DNA of 63,834 nucleotides, the filler included, from Folioceros fuciformis (lineage: Eukaryota), in NCBI GenBank assembly GCA_049999805.1. It is 9 parts of 9 records of this genome, joined end to end, with 100 filler letters (N's around TTAATTAATTAA, not from the genome) between each part and the next. Parts side by side here need not be neighbours in the genome. Positions count along the whole stretch, not along the records: positions 1 to 29,610 come from JBNGIO010002041.1; 8 more parts are not named here. One strand, given 5' to 3'. This document shows positions 1 through 11,512 of this stretch, piece by piece. A program made the position numbers and the translations under genes. The number at the start of each line of letters is the position of its first letter. Position 1 is the first letter of the stretch. Below the pieces are notes generated by a model. That model was not told the origin of the DNA and did no database searches. It was given only the letters and a program-made list of their open reading frames with translations.

Positions 1-422
1 TCGTGAGAGAGAAGCCCTGCTGCCCTTCACCTTCCCCTTCCCGGAAGCTAGACTAAATTAGAGAGAGACGCGGGTTTTAACGTAATCCCAGCTCCACTCC
101 CGGGGCTAATTCTGGCCATCTCTGCCCACAGGCGGCTATCTCAAGGAGCTTCCACCACGCCCGCGCCCACAACCCAACTAGCCAAGGCATCAATTTGGAA
201 CGCCAACGCATCGGACCCTGCTCTCCTCCGTCCCCTCCTCCTCCCGTTTCCCGCCCAAGGCCACGTCTTTCCGCCTAGGTTCTTGTCTCCTGTGCAAGCC
301 TTCGCACCTTCCCACCTTTCTCTCGCTCTCCACCTCTTCCTCGCGTGCTCAAATCGGCGGGTGGGGTGGTCCCGGGTCTCAATCGGCCACCCTGATCCTT
401 CCGCTGCCTCCCAGAATTGGCC

Positions 423-1853
423 ATGAACAAGTATCTGGACAGGTTGTCGGAGATAGAGGTGACCTTCACCGGCCTGGCTGTGGGAGGAGGGGGAGTGGTG
501 GAGAGGGCAGGGGAGATGGCGCTGGGGGGGGCCGCAGCGGGAATTGATGAGCAGCAGGAGAAGGAGGAGCAGCCGCATTTGCTGCTCTACATGCTGGAGG
601 AATTGGAGCAGGGACATGCGGGGGAGGGCTCGGAGAGTGCAGGTTGTCATATGGATGCGGCGGTCTGGAGTGGGCTGCCGGCGGATATGCTGGAGAGGGT
701 GCTGCTCATGCTGCCGTCTGCCACCCAGCTGCGATTGCGGGGTGTGTGCAAGAAGTGGAGGTCGATGCTCTCATCCCCGCGCTTTCTTGACCAGAGTGCG
801 TGTCTGGCGTTCGCGGCAGGGCCGCCAATCTGCGCCTACGAGTACAAGCCCGGAAGGCTGAGGCCGGAGGTGGAGGCCAGGAATTTCTATCCTAGGAACT
901 TCGGGCCGCTGCTCCGCTCTCGGCACAAGGTTTACAAGCTGGACCTGTCCTTCGTGCCCAGGAAGTTCTCCAAGTGGAAGCGGGGGATCGAGCGCTGCGT
1001 TTCTCATCGTGGGCTGCTCTGCATCTACAATGCGGACTGGAAGATGAGCAGAATTTGCATATGCATCATCAATCCGGTTAGCCGGACGTGGAGGGAGTTG
1101 CCGCCCCTGCCTGTGCCCGGGATGGAGGACTGGGACATCATCCTGGTGGCGGAGCGCAGGTTCAAGTCCAGCTACAGCGTGGTGGTGATCTGGAATCGGG
1201 GATGCAGCGATGCGTTTCAGGCTCCGGGATACATCGGGGTGTACTCGTCGGAGAGCAAGAGCTGGAGCACTTCGGAGTGTGAGCCCTGTTTGAGGAACCT
1301 GTCTTGGAGGAACTGTGTTGTGTGTGATGAATTTCTCTACTTCCATGCCAAGGCGCAGGTGGTGCGGCACCGGATCAGTGATGGGAAATGCGTGAGCAGG
1401 ATCGACGAGCCTCACGACTGGAGTGATGGGTACAAGGATGTCTTTCTGGTGGAGCAGCAGGGAGTGGCTTTCTGGGTAGACTTCATCATCCCTGGCATAG
1501 CCGAGTCCGATCGTACTTGCGGGGTTTGGAGGTTGAACGAGAGTAGCTTGCAGTGGGAACAGGTCTCGGTGTCACCAAAACCCCTCATAGACAAGCTCAA
1601 GACACCCTTCTTGAGGGGGGACGGCGTTGACGCCTCTTCCTTTCGTCTGTGGTTGAAGAAAGTTGTTGCTGCTGGAGATTTCATTTTTTTCACCATCTGT
1701 CTGGAGAGTTGGGTTGATGACTGCTGCTGGACTCATTTAGTAGTATACCATGTCGCACAACAGGCTTGGCAAATTGTGGTGTATGATTATGTTGGCCATC
1801 CCATCAGCGATGAGTTTTATTTCGTCGAGCTTAACGGAGATCTTGCTGTCTAA
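423..1853 (+). CDS. F-box protein with C-terminal FBA/kelch-like beta-propeller region, intronless
   Basis: F-box motif WSGLPADMLERVLLMLP...LRLRGVCKKWRSML, followed by the plant F-box-associated pattern GLLC...IINPVSRTWRELPPL...VYSSESKSW. First ATG is at 423; ATG 651 (MDAAVWSGLP) may be the true start. Confidence 0.85.
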   Translation: MNKYLDRLSEIEVTFTGLAVGGGGVVERAGEMALGGAAAGIDEQQEKEEQPHLLLYMLEELEQGHAGEGSESAGCHMDAAVWSGLPADMLERVLLMLPSATQLRLRGVCKKWRSMLSSPRFLDQSACLAFAAGPPICAYEYKPGRLRPEVEARNFYPRNFGPLLRSRHKVYKLDLSFVPRKFSKWKRGIERCVSHRGLLCIYNADWKMSRICICIINPVSRTWRELPPLPVPGMEDWDIILVAERRFKSSYSVVVIWNRGCSDAFQAPGYIGVYSSESKSWSTSECEPCLRNLSWRNCVVCDEFLYFHAKAQVVRHRISDGKCVSRIDEPHDWSDGYKDVFLVEQQGVAFWVDFIIPGIAESDRTCGVWRLNESSLQWEQVSVSPKPLIDKLKTPFLRGDGVDASSFRLWLKKVVAAGDFIFFTICLESWVDDCCWTHLVVYHVAQQAWQIVVYDYVGHPISDEFYFVELNGDLAV

Positions 1854-2248
1854 CCACAGTCACTGCAGCATTTTTGTATTTTGCGATACAACGAGCAGCC
1901 AATGATAGGAACGGGAGGTGATCGATAACATGGCAGGCATTTTGGCTAGCAGTTTGCTGAAAAGTTGTCCACTTGTTCCTCGCTGAGGAACATTATTACA
2001 GAATATGAGGAACGTCAGCATTTGGTAGGATGTCCCTTCGCAGGATGACGACACAACATTTTGTCAGACTTATCACTCTCGATTGAACAACAAGTATTTC
2101 CTCCTCTGAACACGCAACGTGGTGCAAGAGGAAGCTGAAGAGCACCTTCCTCACATGTCGTACGTATGTACAGACTGCCCCTACCAGAAGGCAAGACAAA
2201 GACTTCCAAAAATTACGCAGTATCCCGAGATGTTGAGACTGGATGTAG

Positions 2249-3016
2249 CTAAGCAGGGCCACCGTTCACTCGAATCACCTGACCGTTCACCCATTCTCCA
2301 TCGTCAGAAGCAATGAAGAGCACAACAGATGCGATGTCCTTCGGCTCACCAAGTCGACCCAATGCAGTGGTCTGCCTGAAGCGTTCCAGAGTAGCCTCGT
2401 CTTTCCCTGCGAAGAACATTTCTGTGGCCACGGGCCCTGGGGAGACGCAATTGGCTGTAATGTGCTTGCCCTTAAGCTCCTTGGAAGTGATGAAGGTGAG
2501 TGTTTCCACAGCAGCCTTGCTGGCGGTGTATGCAGCGTATCCAGGCAACAAAGTGGCCACCAATGAGGTGCTGGTATTGATGATGCGGCCTCCTCCGCCA
2601 GTGACAAGCCGATTCACAGCCTGCTTCGTAACCAGGAACGTCCCCCGCGTGTTCACATGGAAGATCCTGTCCCATTCCTCCTCCGTGGTGTCTCCCAACT
2701 GCGGATAATGCGACAACAGAAGCCCCGCATTGTTCACCACGATGTGCACCTTCCCGAAGGCTTTCTCCGCCTGGTCGAAGAGTGCCGTCACATCCTCGCT
2801 CTTGCTTACATCTGCCTTCACCGCCAGGGCTTGGCCAGCCCCCGCGGCCTTAATAAGCTCTACTACCTCCGCCGCGGCCTTCTCGTTCCCCTGGTAGCAA
2901 AGCACAACCTTCGCCCCCGCTCCCGCCAGCGTCAGAACAATTTCCCGACCGATGCCTCGCGAGCCCCCGGTCACGATAGCTACGCGCCCTGTCAGCTTGT
3001 AAGTCCCGGACGCCAT
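2249..3016 (-). CDS. Classical short-chain dehydrogenase/reductase (NADPH-dependent aldehyde reductase-like), intronless, 255 aa
   Basis: TGGSRGIG cofactor motif, VNNAG, catalytic YTASK (YxxxK), VSPGPVAT and WVNGQVIRVNGG. Confidence 0.93.
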   Translation of the reverse strand: MASGTYKLTGRVAIVTGGSRGIGREIVLTLAGAGAKVVLCYQGNEKAAAEVVELIKAAGAGQALAVKADVSKSEDVTALFDQAEKAFGKVHIVVNNAGLLLSHYPQLGDTTEEEWDRIFHVNTRGTFLVTKQAVNRLVTGGGGRIINTSTSLVATLLPGYAAYTASKAAVETLTFITSKELKGKHITANCVSPGPVATEMFFAGKDEATLERFRQTTALGRLGEPKDIASVVLFIASDDGEWVNGQVIRVNGGPA

Positions 3017-3995
3017 AGCTACTCCACCTACTCAGCTTTGCGGTCTGGTTAGCCTTTATACCCTTTACGTGGCTCGCAAGAAGCTTCTTGCGCGCCTTCC
3101 CCCGACCGCCCAACACTCTTCCTGGCAATGTCAGTCGAAATTCGCACATTTCAGCAATTTTGTCCAGTAGCTCATCCTACAGACAACTTGACCGGGGCCA
3201 CGTTATGGCTAAGCGGGATCACAGAACGGCGTAACAGAACGATCAGGAGAGAACGGCGGATTCAAACCCTCTCGGAAGGGAAGACAAGAGCATGAGGGGA
3301 AGTGAAACCGGGCATCACGTCCAGCAGCTCAATGCGTTCTGCCCTATGTGCTCCAATCAGAGGAGAGGAATGTGCGATCTGCGAAGGAAGGATTCCTTCC
3401 TTCTATTTGAATAGTGACGACTGTGGAGGAGGGTTCATGGCAAGCATTGTCAGCTTTCTAGCAGAGCATGTGTAACCTAGGAATCGAAGGGGCTTCAGAG
3501 CCTCGAGAACGAGAGGATTATGGAATGTCTGAGGAATGAAGAATGTTCGGAGAAAGTTGCAAGGTGAAGCCTCACACTATGCAGTGGAAGCCGTTTGCCT
3601 GTCTCGAGGTCATTCTTGCCTTGCATGCGGCTCGTAGGTTACAGAATTTCAACTTCCACCATAGCCGGCCATTTTACCAGCAGTGAACTGGTGAAGACTC
3701 TGTCAAAGTGTGGCTAGTGCCACGTCACACTGGTGTCTAAATGCAGATGGGGGGACCTTGAGGACACGCAGCCTATTCTGTTGTACCTCTGTTCTGGCGT
3801 CTTCTTCTCGAGGCCGTGGGCGTGTATTCTCCTTCCTTCGCGTTTTGTGACTCTGGAGTTGCTGCGGCTGCTGCCGGGCGCAATTCGTACGAATCGGTCG
3901 GTTTGTGCGCTGCCATGACTGCCGTCGTTTCTTCCCTGAAGTAATGGCGTTTGTTGCGGTTTTCTGAGCTCGATTGCGTTGTGGAAGCTCTGCAG

Positions 3996-5133
3996 ATGTC
4001 GACTCTCCCGGATATCATCGCGCTCGTTGTCTCCATAGCTCTTCATGTCGGTCTTGGATATGCTGTGGCATATTTCTTCGGAGGCGGGGACAGTGGTACG
4101 CGTGTCTGCCTTTTTTAGCAACGTTTTCTGCGGGAGAACATGTCTCTCATTGTGCAATCTCTGGCAGCAAGTCTTGTTAGTAACGTCCTTTCGCACTTGT
4201 CTCACAGATTGGTACAGGCAGCTGAACAGGCCGTCGTGGACCCCTCCGGTGTGGGAATAATTGTCACGATGGCATCGGATACGCATCTGCGTGGAGTTTG
4301 GAGTTGTAAGGAGTTGTAACGTCTGATCCTGCTCTGTGCTGTGTAGGACTCCGCTTTCCGCGTTATTTGGACCGTTTTGTACATTTTGCTTGGCGTCTCG
4401 GCTTGGTTGGTGTGGAGAGATGGAGGTAACGTAGAAATTTGGTGATTTTGGCAGTCGTGAGAATGGGAACCGGGCTGGCTGTTTGATGACGTCCAAGTTA
4501 ACATGCGCCCTGCTGTTGCGCCTTTTGTGGCAGGCTTCTCTCGGCATGGGTTAGCTCTCGGAATCTACATTCTCCAGGTGAAAGCTGAAAAGCTCTCCTG
4601 CGCGGTGACGTCTGCAAGTTGATTTCAAACTTTACTGGTGGGGTTTTGTTAGCTGAGAAGGGCATGGACTGATTGTGCAGCTGGTGCTGAATCTCCTGTG
4701 GACACCGCTTTTCTTCTTTCTGCGTCGTCCGGTAAGTGCGGCTTTTTGCACATTGTCACCCCTTCCAACATGTTTCCAATACTCGGCATGGCTCAAGAGT
4801 TGTGGTGTTCTACAGGCTGTCGCATTTGTGGAGATCGTCTTGCTGTGGATTTCCGTGGTCGTCACGATTATCTTATTCTATCAAGCAAACACGATTGCAG
4901 CCTACCTCCTTGTTCCGTACATCTTATGGTAAGAGGACATCTAACAGCGTTTTTGGTTGACATGCGCCCCTTACTGCTATTACACAACTGTGCTTGTGTC
5001 TACGCACCGCAGGCTCACTTTGGCTGCAGCTCTCAACGGTTACATCTGGCTCAACAATCCTCCGGATGGTCAGAACCGACCAAGCGGCGGATATGCCATC
5101 ACACAGCCCTTGACACAGGGAAGCTCAGTGTAA
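3996..5133 (+). CDS. TSPO: TspO/MBR family translocator (tryptophan-rich sensory) protein, 7 coding exons
   Basis: Manual GT-AG splicing gives MSTLPDIIALVVSIALHVGLGYAVAYFFGGGDSD-WYRQLNRPSWTPP-DSAFRVIWTVLYILLGVSAWLVWRDG-GFSRHGLALGIYILQ-LVLNLLWTPLFFFLRRP-AVAFVEIVLLW...AAYLLVPYILW-LTLAAALNGYIWLNN...stop 5131-5133. These are canonical TSPO motifs. Confidence 0.88.
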
Positions 5134-6508
5134 CCGCGCCTCTTAATCTCATACCGGCAGTCACCCATGGAGAACAAAAGTAGAGTACTTGTCCACAGTC
5201 TGATATCCCAAGCTAAGACCAAGTATTGGCGTGCGTAACTACTATATCTGGAGAAGCGACTGAGGTGTGACCTTCCACTCTCTTTTGAGTGCTTAACGAA
5301 GCGGACGCCACGTGGACGTTGCCAATGTCCGCTTTGGGAATGGTGTTCTTGTTTTTTCCTTCCGTCGCTTCACGATTCTCTTCCTTGCTTTAGAGTATCC
5401 GACTTGGAATAGGTACGGCCGCATAGATCACATTCATCACTCGACCGCAGCAGATCACACTATGCTGTGAAACAGCGACACCTTTTATGTTCCTGAGATT
5501 GAAATCTACCCTAACTTCTGATGTATCGGAGTGCACGCATGAGGGAAAAAAAAACCCAGTCACCTGAAGGACGCAGTTTCATGAACGCAGGACTACCGTT
5601 TCCAGAGCATGAGACAAGCATGAACAATGAGATCAATCATGCCTTGGCATCACTTATGACTTTGTCCTATGCTTTCACCCGCGTGTCCAGGACTGATTCT
5701 GGATTATTCTAATACGATTTCTACATGGCCTTTGGGTAGAGCCAATCTCTTCTCGTCTTCTACTCGAACGCAAGTACTTCATTTCTATGACAGACTTTTC
5801 CATCCCCACTCCTACAGAACCACGTGGGTTCATGGGTTGCTTCATAATATATCATCTCGTGGCAGTCAGGTAACATGATTGTCTCTGAAGCAGCAAAGGA
5901 AGATTGATTTGAAGGAGATGATGGGAGCTGGTTATTTCAGGGAAGAACAAGACCTTGCGGAGCAATCATCATCAGCATTGCTTGCAACGACGAAGACTTG
6001 GATGCAAGGATAGTTAAGGACAGTCTGATTTAAGTAAGAGTTATATGTTCCCATGATCTGCTTGAAAGAGTTAAACTCAGAATCGGATAACGAATATATC
6101 CGCGACTGGAAAACAGGCTCTCAGAGTGAGTCGCTCCGACCTTACCGGCATAACAAGGTAGCAAAAAAGGACACATTCCTGAAAATAGTGACACATCACA
6201 TTAATTTAGAGAAGCCGGAAGGATAGCTATCTCACACCGTGACCCTTTCCACTCAAGGGCCAAGTGCCAGGAAAGATAGAAAACGAAAGCTAAACTGTTG
6301 AATAATCTACATGCTGAGAACGTACTTCACGCCAAGGAGACTTCCTAACAACATCCAGGTAGACAGACTACAGCTCATGCCTGGAGTTGTCCTGCAAAAC
6401 CGTCACGACACATACTCGTTATACTTCAGGGACCCACACAAGCACAAGTAGAAGGGAAATCCAGTAACCTAGAAGCGTCCAAACGGATAGATTACCTTGA
6501 AGGACAAA

Positions 6509-8694
6509 TCAACGGCGATATGGGGCATACTGTGGTGAGAGAGATCTGTCCCGCTGGCCCCGGTAAGGGGAATAGCGAGGAGACCTTTCCCGTCCTCCCC
6601 CGTAGGGCAAATACTCTGGGGAGTGGCGTTGGCTACGTCCATCACGGTGGAAGCCACCACCACGACCTCCTCTTCTGCTCGATTGCACAGCTGTGTAGGA
6701 CGAGAAACATAACGCAAAACATGAGGAGAAGAATACATGAATACCTCGGTTAACACAAGTCTCGACATACGGCATACCTCTGACACCCAAGTATTCTCCA
6801 GGAGTGGGAGTCCTTGCACGTCTCCGTTTAGCCTGTGATTCATAAAAACATCAGAGGAAATACAGAGCAGCAACATTCTGCAGAGTTGGGACAGTACGAA
6901 CCTCCATCCCAGTATCCTGCAACAGCTCAGATCAAAAAAAAAAGGAAGAAAAAAAAGAAGCCCCTCAGCAGGAGCTTGCGTGACGCCCAATGTGAGGAAA
7001 TGAGATTCACAGAGGAGCAAGCCACAAGCTTCACTCATACCATAAACCAAAAGCGACAGAACTGGGTAGGCAAACAACGCAACTTACTGGAAACTGCAAA
7101 AGCAGTAGATCACTCAGATTGATTAACTGATCTGAGAGGAAAAATATTGTGGCACCAAGAGCAACATGGATGCAGGTAATCCGGAGGCCTCTGATGGAGG
7201 CCAATAGGCTGCTAAATTCGATTGCATTCGAGACCAAACAGCTCCCAAATTCAACAAAGCCGAAGGCTCAAGATTAGCAGTTGCAGACATGGGTGGAGCC
7301 GTGGCTAGATCGGGAAGGAGTTATGGTCGCAGGAAGCTCGATTTGCTGTCGCACTTCTCCTTGATTAGCCTATTGGATTTGATTCAGCCAGTCAGAAGCG
7401 AGGATGTAGACACCACACAGGTCATTAAAGGCTGGCAGTTTGTTCAGTTACAGCTGATCTGATGCAGAGCCCTTTAGCCTAGGACCTTGGCACTCAGATT
7501 TGTCAAAAGCTGCTGACTGCAAGTTGCCGCCCTTTGAAATGGGCCAGGATGCCACTGTTTGACAATTGCTGACACTTGCTAGATTGTCGATGCAGTGACT
7601 AAAAATAGGGATCTTGGCGGCGCAAAATGGGGCCGAGATTTCTGGATGACCAAAAGGTCAACGATACCATTAGCAACCACCAGGTCAAAGTTCCTCACAG
7701 TGGATGTGCCTATCATGATAAAGACTCAACATGAGTGACCTGGACAAACATCAGTGCCATGCATACCCCCGTGTCATACCCACTTACAGGCTCACCTTTT
7801 CCACAGTGATCATTCGGCCTTCAAGGGTTGAGCGGTTCAGGTACTTGATGCAGCGCTCCGCGTCCTCCAAATGCTCCATGGTCACAAACCCGAATCCACG
7901 AGATTCCCTTGTTCGGGGGTCCAACACCAGTCGACACTCCAGTACCTGGAATCAATAATCGCACATTACGTGTTAATCGGGCTCACACTTCCAACCTCTC
8001 CCAAAAAAAGGAGCGTACTTTCCAAGTTCACTCCCGCTGAAAGGAGCGTCCACCACCTTGCCCTCGCGAGAGAAATGTTCTTCCAGATCCTTTTCGTTCA
8101 CGCGTGTGGACAACCCTGTGACATACAGATTGTTGCCTGGATTCAAAGCGTCCGACTTGAACCTCTTGCCCCGGTCACTGCTTCGGTCTCTAGTTCTTTC
8201 ACCACCCCTGTCACTTCGATCACTTCTGTCACCACTTCGATCATTTCTGTCGCTCCTGTCGGACCTGCACCCCCAGGCTAAGAACAGTCTGTTCCAGGTG
8301 ACTACAGCTAGACAACAAAACCTGATCAACACACGAGAAAGCATACCGGCGGGCAGGGCTCCGCGACCGAGAACGACCACGTTCAGACTTATCCCGGGGC
8401 GGGGACAGTGAGCTAGAATACCTTCACAGCAGGAAAAGAAAACAAAGCCAACTCACAAGGGTTAACAACGACATTGAAAAGAGTGTTGTCCTCTCAGACT
8501 CACCCGAAACCGACATTTCAAAAAAAACAAAAGCAGCCGTGCCTCACCTGCGCCTTGGTGGAGACTCTGCCTGTGACACAAGCCAAATCAACTCAGCGAA
8601 CGTTAAAAGAACGCGCAGCGAGAGACCGTAGACCACCACGACGAAACGAAACCCATACAGCATCCCATCAAGCCAAAAGCACCTTGCTCACCAT
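6509..8694 (-). CDS. SR45a-like: SR45a / Transformer-2-like RRM-RS splicing factor
   Basis: An ATG-only first coding exon (8694-8692) and RS-rich exons precede the RRM (NPGNNLYVTGLSTRVNEKDLEEHFSREGKV ... DPRTRESRGFGFVTMEHLEDAERCIKYLNRSTLEGRMITVEK). Then comes the Tra2 linker AKRRRARTPTPGEYLG (6832-6778) and a final SPRYSPY exon with stop at 6509. Confidence 0.88.
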
Positions 8695-9328
8695 GATAGA
8701 CGCGGGAAAAGCTGTCACTGGCTAGCACGGACAGAAGTATGCCAGTCCTGATAGCTGCCGCAGTCCGGGAAGCCACACCCACCTCACACCCCAAGTCCGC
8801 GAACCGCTCTTGAGAAGCAACGCCTTGAGGCACCCGACAACCAGGCCCGCGACACGAGCCGAAGGCGCCTGCCACCGAGACACAGCCGTGAGACGCGACA
8901 CCCCACCTCAGAGCCGTTGAGCCCCCTGAAAGGCCGCAAAACAAGAAACCAAACGCTGGGTGGGCAGAAACAAGACACAATACCTGCCCCGGCGTGGCGA
9001 GTCTGAAAACAATCTGCTTCTGCTACAGAGCAGGTATGAGAAAGGGCCAGCAGCGCTCGCAAGAGAGCAGCAGCCACGGCAGCCTCGCCTCGCTTTGCCT
9101 CTTGTCTGCAATGAGCAACGTCGATCTGCCCAAACTGTTTTTGGTCTGGCCTCGTCTTTGCTTTCCGCTTCGCCTTTGACCATTGACCTAATGCGAACTC
9201 AGGCGCTCATAAAGATGTAGATAGGTGGTTGGGTAGGTATTGCGATCCCCTTTAACGCTAATTAAACGAATTAATGATCTGCGGCATCGAGGGAACGGGA
9301 CGGAGGAGCCTGCTGCTCGAACACCCCG

Positions 9329-10766
9329 ATGGCGGCCTCGCTCCCTGTGCGGCCTGGTCTGAGCTGCGTACCTTCCCTGCACGCTGCGCTTGCGCTGCCA
9401 CCATCGCGATGGCCCGAGGTCGGGGCCGCCGGGCCGGGGCTGGCGGCGACGGTTCGTGATCGGAGCCGACGGCTTGTTTGCAGGTGCAAGCAGGTGTCGC
9501 CGATCAGCAGAGGTAGGTACTGGTGCTTCTGTGGACCTCCAGGAGGAGTGGAGATTAGGGTTTTCGGTTTCCCTTACCATCGTGCTTCCAGGTGCCAGTG
9601 ACAAGGAAGGTGCGGCTGCCGCGCCTGCTCCTGCTACCACCGCTGCCGTCCCCAAGGCCGTCGAGGTGCGGGACCTGGGGCTCAGCGTGAAGAGCAGCAA
9701 GGGCGAGGTGGCTGTTCTCAAAGGTTGCACATTGTCCGTACCCGCGGGGCAGCTCTGGATGCTGCTGGGACCGAATGGTTGTGGCAAATCCACTCTTCTA
9801 AAGGTCGTCAACTGGTAAACTTCGCACATTGCGGCCTTCCGTCGTTGTGTGGATCAGTGTGGTGTGAAAGGATGTGGTTTTGTTTTTGTTTTTATTCGTC
9901 CTTTGTGTGGCATTGGCAGGCGTTGGCTGGACTCTTGAGGCCCAGTTCGGGACGGATGTATGTGGTTGGCCCAAAGAGCTTTGTTTTTCAGAACCCTGAT
10001 CATCAGGTGAAGGTTGTTTGGATTTGTTGACCAATGTTTCGAGTTTCTGGTCGAGTGGAAGTATGCTCATGCTTCACGATCTTTGACGTGCTTTGTGATG
10101 CACGTGGGGTCACGATGACCCGTTGCAGGTGGTAATGCCCACTGCGGCGTCTGATGTTGCGTTTGGGCTAGGCCAGTCTGGATTATCCAGAGAGGAAGTA
10201 AGGTCAAGGGTGCAACGGTCTTTGGAGGCTGTGGGAATGTCTGATTATGCTGAGGTACATGTTGTTCCACTGATCTCTTTGGTGTTGATCTTGCACCTGT
10301 CTCTGTAGATTTAATCACATCTCTTCCCTCTGAGAAGCAGAGACCTGTTTCAACTTTAAGCGGTGGGCAAAAGCAAAGGGTTGCCATAGCAGGCGCAATA
10401 GCTGAGGAGAGCCGAGTCCTTCTGCTTGATGAGCTGACCACTTTTCTAGATGAACGTGACCAGGTTTGTAACTGATGACAGGTGAATGGATTTCTGGTTT
10501 GCTCATGTCTTGCTGCTAGCTGATGCTTATGAGTATTGCAACAGATCGGGGTATTGCAAGCAGTGCGTGGTATCGTCGGTGGACCACAGGCAGTAACTGC
10601 TTTATGGGTCACGCACAGACTAGAGGAGCTTGATTATGCGGATGGAGCATTCTATATGGAGCATGGAAGCATTGTTTGTGGTGGAAGCATCCAGGAAGTG
10701 AGGCGCTTCATTCAGCTCCGTCAAGATCAATTTGGTCAGAGTAACGGGTTTCCCAGCGCACCGTAA
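9329..10766 (+). CDS. ABCI10: ABC transporter I family member 10-like (plastid ECF-type ATPase subunit), multi-exon
   Basis: Transit-peptide-like N-terminus; Walker [22 protein letters not shown]; signature [14 protein letters not shown]; Walker [14 protein letters not shown]. Confidence 0.9.
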
Positions 10767-11512
10767 CCTGGCACGACCCCATCTTGATAATCTTCATATC
10801 GAACATGGAGCTTCAAAGATGGAACAAATCTGGTAACCTTGGCTCGCTTGGATTTATCTCCAGAGAGGTCTCCCACATTGCTTGGGCGACTCGCTGTTCT
10901 TGACTTATCTGGCAAGCGTCTCTGGTTGCCTGGCCATGTGCCTCATCCAGGTTCATTCTTCTCACTAGTGGGACAACATTCATGGGCCACGTCAAACCAG
11001 GTTTACTAGTTCATTGTGATTTCATCTATTTTGTGAAGGCAGAACAACGGACAACTTGATCACGTCCACGTCTGACCACCAGGTGTGTTATTGTTGCCCT
11101 CTGCCTTTTACCCTGCGCTCACGTTGGAAGGTTCTGGATTTAACAGGCACTAGGCCATCATTTTTGTCCTTGTTGCAGGATGAAGCATGTGTCGAAACAC
11201 GTTCCTTACATACTTGTCAAAGTGGCCACGCATCGACGTCTGGCTAGGTTTCTAGGAGTGGTAAAATTTACATCGGGAATGTGGAGGGCCATGACCTAAC
11301 TTATAACATTTTCATCCTTAGTGGAAGGCGTGCTGCCCCGTTTGCGCTTCAAAAATTGCAAATTTACGCTCGGCGGTATTCCAATCCATCATCAAATATT
11401 GGAAATAAGATCAGATGTATTTTCATTCACAAATCCGCCATGAATAATCGAGACGTGGGGACCTCGAATATTAGAACTGCTCATCATCAATCCATGAATT
11501 GACCGCCTTGCT

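Noticed and set aside
3250-3280. tRNA T-arm-like GGATTCAAACCC
   Set aside because: No cloverleaf or A-box can be built around it.
3714-4547. 277-aa minus-strand ORF
   Set aside because: Overlaps TSPO exons and introns on the opposite strand, with no protein motif.
5860-5975. Possible C/D snoRNA (TGATGA...CTGA on minus strand)
   Set aside because: No terminal stem or recognisable rRNA antisense element; short motifs are expected by chance.
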